42,889 bases of DNA from a virus (lineage: Duplodnaviria; Heunggongvirae; Uroviricota; Caudoviricetes). Of this stretch, positions 37,555 through 42,889 are shown piece by piece. The stretch lies in the IMG/VR virus record IMGVR_UViG_2703718853_000004. One strand, 5' to 3'. A program made the translations under genes and the position numbers. The notes under the pieces are model-generated. The model did not search any database, was not told the origin of the DNA, and was given only the letters and a program-made list of their open reading frames with translations. Each line of letters opens with the position of its first letter. The first letter of the stretch is position 1.

Positions 37555-37839
37555 ATGAACGCATACCGCGCATACGACGCTATCGAAGAACGGAAATGGG
37601 CTGAGCAGTCGCTCACCGAAGAGAAGCAAAAGTGGATTGACGATCGGGCGCAGGAAATTATCGACGCCCTGCCGAAAGAGCCGTCAGGCCTGTTCCGCTT
37701 CTCTGTGCCGATGGACAAAAGCCCATACGAAGGCCTCCGCAGCGATGCAGCTGGCGAGGCATATAACGATCTCATCTCGGCAGTAGCTTACGCCCAGGCG
37801 GAATACGACTGGGATCACCGCACCGGCTGCCCGTTTTAA
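37555..37839 (+). CDS. Hypothetical protein (94 aa)
   Basis: AGGAGCGAGAT then ATG; immediately upstream of recT. Confidence 0.45.
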   Translation: MNAYRAYDAIEERKWAEQSLTEEKQKWIDDRAQEIIDALPKEPSGLFRFSVPMDKSPYEGLRSDAAGEAYNDLISAVAYAQAEYDWDHRTGCPF

Positions 37840-37854
37840 CTTTGGGGAATAGCA

Positions 37855-38700
37855 ATGGCTAACGAACTTGTGATTACAGCCAGCTCTCTTTCTGAGCGAG
37901 GCATTGACGGCGCTACCTGGAGCGCCCTCAAGAACAGTATTTATCCTGGCGCCAAGGATGAGTCGGTGATGATGGCGCTGGACTACTGCCGGGCCAGAAA
38001 CCTTGATCCTCTTCTGAAGCCCGTTCATCTGGTGCCAATGAGCGTTAAGGACTCGAAGTCGGGTAAAAGCGAGTGGCGCGATGTGGTTATGCCGGGCATC
38101 GGGCTTTATCGGATTCAGGCCGATCGCTCCGGTTCTTACGCTGGCGCAAAAGAACCAGAGTTCGGCCCGGACGTCACTCTGACGCTTACCGGTATTGAGG
38201 TGACCGTACCTCAATGGTGCAAGTACACAGTCAGCAAGCGCATGCCGAGCGGGGAGATCGTCGAATTCAGCGCGAAAGAATACTGGGTTGAGAACTATGC
38301 CACCGCCGGCCGCGACACTACCGCGCCAAACGCAATGTGGAAAAAGCGCCCTTACGGCCAGCTGGCGAAGTGTGCCGAGGCTCAGGCTCTGCGTAAGGCG
38401 TGGCCTGAAATTGGCCAGCAGCCCACTGCCGAAGAGATGGAAGGTAAAACACTGGAAGTTGATGCGCGTGACGTAACGCCGCGCAGCACTACCGAGGCGC
38501 TCCCCCTGGTGGCCAGTGAGGAAACGTTGCAGGCAATTACCGACCTCCTGACGTCCCTGAATAAGGACTGGGAGCAGGACTTCCTGCCTCTGTGCAGCAA
38601 CATCTTCAAGCGTGACATTTTCCAGGCATCACAGCTCACCGAAGAAGAAGCGCAGAAAGGCTTTAGCTTCCTCCAGAAAAAAGCGCAGGTGGCAGCATGA
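37855..38700 (+). CDS. recT: RecT-family single-strand annealing recombinase
   Basis: 281 aa; overall sequence character and pairing with a downstream, overlapping exonuclease gene, as in lambdoid recombination modules. Confidence 0.75.
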   Translation: MANELVITASSLSERGIDGATWSALKNSIYPGAKDESVMMALDYCRARNLDPLLKPVHLVPMSVKDSKSGKSEWRDVVMPGIGLYRIQADRSGSYAGAKEPEFGPDVTLTLTGIEVTVPQWCKYTVSKRMPSGEIVEFSAKEYWVENYATAGRDTTAPNAMWKKRPYGQLAKCAEAQALRKAWPEIGQQPTAEEMEGKTLEVDARDVTPRSTTEALPLVASEETLQAITDLLTSLNKDWEQDFLPLCSNIFKRDIFQASQLTEEEAQKGFSFLQKKAQVAA

Positions 38701-39377
38701 CACCAGAAATTATCCTTGCACGCACTGGCATTGACGTTACCCGCATTGAACAGGGGGATGAATCCTGGCACCGCTTACGCCTCGGCGTGATCACTGCCTC
38801 GGAAGTTCACAACGTCATTTCTAAGCCCAAGTCAGGCAAGAAATGGACTGATATGAAGATGTCCTACTTCCTTACGCTCCTTGCCGAAGTGTGCACCGGC
38901 GTGGCGCCGGAAGTTAACGCCAAGGCGCTGGCCTGGGGGAAACAGTATGAGGCCGACGCTCGCACCCTGTTTGAGTTCACCACCGACGTGCAGGTAACCG
39001 AGTCGCCGATCCTTTTCCGTGACGAAGGTATGCGCACCGCCTGCTCACCAGACGGCCTGTGCAGTGATGGCCGAGGCCTTGAGCTGAAGTGCCCTTTCAC
39101 CTCTCGCGACTTCATGAAATTTCGGCTTGGCGGCTTCGAGGCTATCAAATCCGCCTACATGGCCCAGGTGCAATTCAGCATGTGGGTAACCGGTAAGGAT
39201 GCATGGTATTTCGCGAATTATGACCCTCGCATGAAGCGAGAAGGCATTCACCACGTGGTTGTTGAGCGCGACGACAAATACATGTCCGACTTCAACGAAA
39301 TGGTGCCGGAGTTCATCAGCAAGATGGATGAATCGCTGTCGGAGATCGGTTTCACCTTCGGGGAGCAGTGGAAATGA
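38697..39377 (+). CDS. Phage 5'-3' exonuclease (YqaJ / lambda Exo-like)
   Basis: 226 aa; ATGA-coupled downstream of recT; acidic residues and ELKCP region consistent with PD-(D/E)xK-type nuclease. Confidence 0.7.
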   Translation: MTPEIILARTGIDVTRIEQGDESWHRLRLGVITASEVHNVISKPKSGKKWTDMKMSYFLTLLAEVCTGVAPEVNAKALAWGKQYEADARTLFEFTTDVQVTESPILFRDEGMRTACSPDGLCSDGRGLELKCPFTSRDFMKFRLGGFEAIKSAYMAQVQFSMWVTGKDAWYFANYDPRMKREGIHHVVVERDDKYMSDFNEMVPEFISKMDESLSEIGFTFGEQWK

Positions 39378-39532
39378 AACATTACCGCGACGCCATAACC
39401 GTAGGAAAAGTGAAGTGCATGTACTCCGTCCTTCATCGTGGCTGGCTAATGCCATCTGGTGAAGTGGTAAGAAACCCGTTAAAGGCTCAGCGGATGGCTG
39501 AAGAGCTGGCCACGAAAAGAGGTGCGCAATGA
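39374..39532 (+). CDS. Hypothetical small protein (52 aa)
   Basis: ATGA-coupled between exonuclease and methyltransferase genes. Confidence 0.35.
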   Translation: MKHYRDAITVGKVKCMYSVLHRGWLMPSGEVVRNPLKAQRMAEELATKRGAQ

Positions 39533-40056
39533 CTGATTACGGCGGATCGAAAACTCCAAAAAATGAACGTGACTACTGGCAAACACCGATTGAAATTTTC
39601 AATGCGCTCGACCGCGAGTTTGGCTTCTGGCTGGATGCTGCAGCCTCTGAGAGTAATGCGCTATGTGCTCACTACCTCACTGAGCTGGATGACTCGCTGA
39701 ACAGTGAATGGACGTCATACGGGGCAATATGGTGTAACCCGCCCTATTCCGATATTGGGCCGTGGGTGGAAAAGGCAGCCGAGCAATCCCGGGCGCAGTC
39801 TCAGGCCGTCGTGATGTTGTTACCGGCTGACATTTCTACCGGCTGGTTTATTTCAGCCATGCAATCAGCTGATGAACTCAGACTCATAACCGGCGGCCGT
39901 GTTCAGTTTGTTCCGGCATCCGTTACAGGAAAGCGCCGGAGCAACCCCAAAGGCTCGCTTCTGTTTATCTGGCGTCCGTACATCACCCCGCGACACATCA
40001 TCACGACTGTATCGCTGGCTGAGTTAAAGCGGATCGGGAATCTGGAGGCTGCATGA
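39529..40056 (+). CDS. DNA N6-adenine methyltransferase (phage Dam-like, orphan)
   Basis: 175 aa; NPPY catalytic motif in IWCNPPYSD; no adjacent restriction endonuclease gene. Confidence 0.75.
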   Translation: MTDYGGSKTPKNERDYWQTPIEIFNALDREFGFWLDAAASESNALCAHYLTELDDSLNSEWTSYGAIWCNPPYSDIGPWVEKAAEQSRAQSQAVVMLLPADISTGWFISAMQSADELRLITGGRVQFVPASVTGKRRSNPKGSLLFIWRPYITPRHIITTVSLAELKRIGNLEAA

Positions 40057-40196
40057 CGCCAGAAGAAAAAGAAAACGCTCTCCGCGCCCAGGCTCGTCGC
40101 TGCGCAGAAGAGATAACCAAAGCGATGAGCGTAAAGCCTAAACCGAAGTGGAACGCTGTATGCCCCCCATCCTTCGCAAGCACTACGAGAAGGTAA
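40053..40196 (+). CDS. Hypothetical small protein (47 aa), possibly the 5' part of a frameshifted gene
   Basis: ATGA-coupled to the methyltransferase; overlaps the next ORF by 37 nt at a C6 homopolymer (40163..40168). Confidence 0.3.
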   Translation: MTPEEKENALRAQARRCAEEITKAMSVKPKPKWNAVCPPSFASTTRR

Positions 40197-40273
40197 AGCC
40201 GATGGGTGTCAGCCTGGTGAAATTTGTCAGTGTTATTGGCCGCATGAATGGGCGGTATGGAGTGGAATCATGA
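40160..40273 (+). CDS. Hypothetical small protein (37 aa), possibly the 3' part of a frameshifted gene
   Basis: Starts at the C6 tract; ATGA-coupled to the downstream gene. Confidence 0.25.
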   Translation: MPPILRKHYEKVKPMGVSLVKFVSVIGRMNGRYGVES

Positions 40274-40470
40274 GCAAGTATCCAAGAGTCGGCAGTGTTG
40301 CTGCCAAAAGCAAAAATACCTCTGCCAGATGCAAATGCGGTGCAGTTGCGAAGTTTAAAACCACGGTTGAAGTAAATGTTTTCCGTGGTGATGACGAAGT
40401 GGTCTGGACTTGTAACGAGCACAAAAAAGACTGCTCATTTTTAGTCGGCGGGCAAGGCGGTGCTGTATGA
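40270..40470 (+). CDS. Hypothetical Cys-containing small protein (66 aa)
   Basis: CKCG...CNEH pattern suggests a metal-binding ribbon; coupled to neighbours. Confidence 0.4.
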   Translation: MSKYPRVGSVAAKSKNTSARCKCGAVAKFKTTVEVNVFRGDDEVVWTCNEHKKDCSFLVGGQGGAV

Positions 40471-41123
40471 AAGAACGCGGAATGATTTTTAACGGGGAGA
40501 TGGTGCGGGCCATTCTCGACGGACGGAAGACGCAGACGCGGCGCCCGGTAAAGTTTCCGGTTTTAGATAAAAACCTTGGGTGCGAGCTGGCTGGCAATGA
40601 ACTGGCTGGGGAGCTGTCGGCAGGCAACTATCTGAACAGCGCATTTGGTAAACCAGGCGATCGAGTTTGGGTGCGCGAGACGTGGGGAGTCGTCAGTCAC
40701 GAACTTGATGAGTATGGTCGAATCCAACCATGGACGCCAAACCGACCTGCTACAGCCATTCACGAAATGCCGTTTGGCAATGGCTATTACTCTGGCCACG
40801 CCATTTATGCAGCTGATGGTGATTTTACCTGGGGTGATGACGATGGTTATGAAGATGGCCGTTCGTGCTGGAGGCCATCCATTCATATGCCGAAAGCAGC
40901 CAGCCGCATTCTGCTGGAAATCACCGACGTGCGCGTTGAGCGCCTACGCAGCATGAGCCAGGACGATGCACGCGCCGAGGGTGTTATTGCCGCATCTGGC
41001 CCTATGGAAGCCGGTTTAGCATTCCGCGAGCTGTGGGACTCAATCTACGGCGAGGAGAGCTGGAAAGCCAACCCCTGGGTTTGGGTTATCGAGTTCAAGC
41101 GAGTTGAAGGCGGTGCAGCATGA
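40467..41123 (+). CDS. ASCH/PUA-like domain phage protein (218 aa)
   Basis: N-terminal MIFNGEMVRAILDGRKTQTRRP resembles the conserved start of ASCH-domain prophage proteins (recalled, not searched). Confidence 0.45.
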   Translation: MKERGMIFNGEMVRAILDGRKTQTRRPVKFPVLDKNLGCELAGNELAGELSAGNYLNSAFGKPGDRVWVRETWGVVSHELDEYGRIQPWTPNRPATAIHEMPFGNGYYSGHAIYAADGDFTWGDDDGYEDGRSCWRPSIHMPKAASRILLEITDVRVERLRSMSQDDARAEGVIAASGPMEAGLAFRELWDSIYGEESWKANPWVWVIEFKRVEGGAA

Positions 41124-41338
41124 GCGCAAAACTCATCGATCAGGCTAACGAGCTGGCAGAGCGCCGGCTGGAAATGACCATCCATAACATGCGCATCAAC
41201 CATGCTGCAGTTTCAGCTACCCACTGCCGCGACTGCGGGGAAGAGATACCCGAGCGGCGCCGGGAACTGGTGGCGGGCTGCCAGCGCTGCGCTGACTGTC
41301 AGGAAGAGTTTGAAGAACGTGGCAAGCACCAGAGGTGA
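41120..41338 (+). CDS. TraR/DksA-family C4 zinc-finger protein
   Basis: 72 aa with CRDCGEEIP...CQRCADCQ four-Cys motif. Confidence 0.65.
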   Translation: MSAKLIDQANELAERRLEMTIHNMRINHAAVSATHCRDCGEEIPERRRELVAGCQRCADCQEEFEERGKHQR

Positions 41339-41341
41339 TGC

Positions 41342-41587
41342 ATGCAGACAATAATCCAGATCGAGCCAAACGAATGGGTTTCAGAGGACTTGCTGATGGC
41401 AGTCACAGGTATGAAGCGCGGTACCATTACACGGGCCCGCAAATCATCCTGGCTGCTTGGGCGTGAGTATAAGCACGTTTCCCCTGAAGGTGACCCAAAG
41501 CCAACCAGCGAATGCATGTACAACCGCAAAGCGGTAGACGCATGGATTCAGGCTCAAAAGCAACCATTGGGTGATCGGGCGGTATGA
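41342..41587 (+). CDS. Excisionase-like DNA-binding protein
   Basis: 81 aa ORF immediately upstream of the integrase gene. Confidence 0.5.
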   Translation: MQTIIQIEPNEWVSEDLLMAVTGMKRGTITRARKSSWLLGREYKHVSPEGDPKPTSECMYNRKAVDAWIQAQKQPLGDRAV

Positions 41588-41629
41588 AACAGGTAAGCTT
41601 ACACCGCTCCTGGACGTCGGGAGGGAACA

Positions 41630-42889
41630 ATGAGTAAAGAATCATACCCAACGGGCGTTGAGAACCACGGAAAATCACTCCGCATATGGTTCATTTTTAA
41701 AGGCAAGCGTGTCAGGGAAAATCTCGGTGTCCCTGACACCGCTAAAAACAGGAAGGTGGCCGGGGAACTGCGAACGTCAGTTTGTTTCGCTATCCGCATG
41801 GGGACCTTTGACTATGCTGCGCAATTCCCCAATTCGCCAAACCTGAAAACTTTCGGCATCTGCAAGAAAGAGATCACCGTGAAATTTCTGTCTGAAAAAT
41901 GGCTGGAGCTGAAACGGATGGAGATCTGCGCTAATGCCATAAACCGGTATGAATCGGTTGTCAGAAGCATGCTGCCGAGGATCGGCGCGAAAAAGCTGGT
42001 TTCGTGTGTGACAAGGGAAGAACTGCTGTATATCAGGAAGGATATGCTGTCGGGGGAGAAAGGGTTGAGCGTGGTAACGGTAAACTACTACATGTCCACG
42101 ATAGCGGGGATGTTTCAGTTTGCTGTTGATAATGGCTATGTGAGTGAAAACCCGTTTAACGGCATCAAGCCGCTAAAGAGGGCCAGGATAGAACCAGATC
42201 CGCTCACACGTGATGAATTCGTTCGCTTCATTGATGCCTGCAAGCATCAGCAAACGAAAAACCTGTGGTCAATTGCGGTATACACAGGATTACGTCACGG
42301 TGAGCTGGTCTCCCTCGCATGGGAAGATATAGATCTGAAAGCTGGAACGATGACCATACGCCGGAATTATACGAAACTCGGTGATTTCACTCTACCAAAA
42401 ACCGAAGCTGGTACCGACAGGGTCGTGCACCTGATCAAGCCTGCCATCGACGCTTTGAGGAACCAGGCAGAAATGACCAGGCTGGGAAGGCAGTATCAGA
42501 TTGAGGTGGCATTGCGGGAGTATGGCCGAACGGTTATTCACGACTGTACATTTGTGTTCAATCCTCAGTTGGTTAAAAAAAGTGGCAGCGTGGGTTACCT
42601 GTACAAAGCCGATTCAGTGGGTGACTCATGGGATGCGGCGCTTAAACGGTCAGGTTTAAGGCACCGGAAGGCGTATCAGTCGAGACACACTTACGCCTGC
42701 TGGTCGCTGTCTGCCGGGGCCAATCCGAGTTTCATTGCCAGCCAGATGGGACACGCCAGCGCCCAGATGGTTTTCAATGTTTACGGCGCCTGGATGGCCG
42801 ACAGCAGCAGCGATCAGATTGCCATGTTGAACCAGAAATTATCGGACTTTGCCCCATCCATGCCCCATGGCATGGTGATAGGAATATGA
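41630..42889 (+). CDS. int: Tyrosine integrase (phage integrase family)
   Basis: 419 aa; C-terminal catalytic-domain features (TGLRHGEL, HxxR-like SRHTYAC, terminal Tyr region); last gene at the prophage end, downstream of the excisionase-like gene. Confidence 0.85.
   Translation: MSKESYPTGVENHGKSLRIWFIFKGKRVRENLGVPDTAKNRKVAGELRTSVCFAIRMGTFDYAAQFPNSPNLKTFGICKKEITVKFLSEKWLELKRMEICANAINRYESVVRSMLPRIGAKKLVSCVTREELLYIRKDMLSGEKGLSVVTVNYYMSTIAGMFQFAVDNGYVSENPFNGIKPLKRARIEPDPLTRDEFVRFIDACKHQQTKNLWSIAVYTGLRHGELVSLAWEDIDLKAGTMTIRRNYTKLGDFTLPKTEAGTDRVVHLIKPAIDALRNQAEMTRLGRQYQIEVALREYGRTVIHDCTFVFNPQLVKKSGSVGYLYKADSVGDSWDAALKRSGLRHRKAYQSRHTYACWSLSAGANPSFIASQMGHASAQMVFNVYGAWMADSSSDQIAMLNQKLSDFAPSMPHGMVIGI
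42836..42869. repeat. Right copy of imperfect direct repeat with tandem ATGCCCCA motifs, inside the int 3' end
   Basis: TGCCCCATCCATGCCCCA at 42852..42869 versus 211..228. Confidence 0.4.

Overview
The window reads as one integrated temperate prophage, about 42.8 kb, with a lambda-like gene order in inverted orientation. From the left: a truncated DUF72/YecE-like host gene fragment (1..105) and a small cargo ORF; then on the minus strand a contractile-tail structural module (tailspike, glycine-rich fiber, baseplate, tape measure with lytic transglycosylase domain, chaperone with a -1 frameshift site, tube, sheath, capsid, portal, terminase); a lysis cassette; a tRNA-Asn-like gene; Q-like antiterminator; RusA and Nin-region genes; DnaC-like loader; O-like initiator with internal iterons; CII and Cro-like genes. 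Divergent from these, on the plus strand: a LexA-like CI repressor, operator palindromes, an early-left operon (RecT, exonuclease, Dam-like methyltransferase, TraR-like zinc finger, excisionase-like gene) and a tyrosine integrase ending at 42889. No rRNA, CRISPR array or transposase was seen. The best candidates for an undescribed system are three accessory (moron) insertions: (1) an AT-rich FtsH-like HExxH metallopeptidase with a small partner ORF inside the baseplate module (7412..8203); (2) an AT-rich two-gene cassette of a 2-TM membrane protein plus a pentapeptide-periodic small protein between lysis and packaging genes (24636..25207); (3) immunity-region cargo downstream of cI, in the position lambda uses for rexAB: a hydrophobic 39-aa peptide flanked by 29-bp direct repeats, then a promoter/two-gene/terminator unit (35463..36467). 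All calls are from reading the sequence and ORF translations; no database search or computation was run, and AT-richness is judged by eye.
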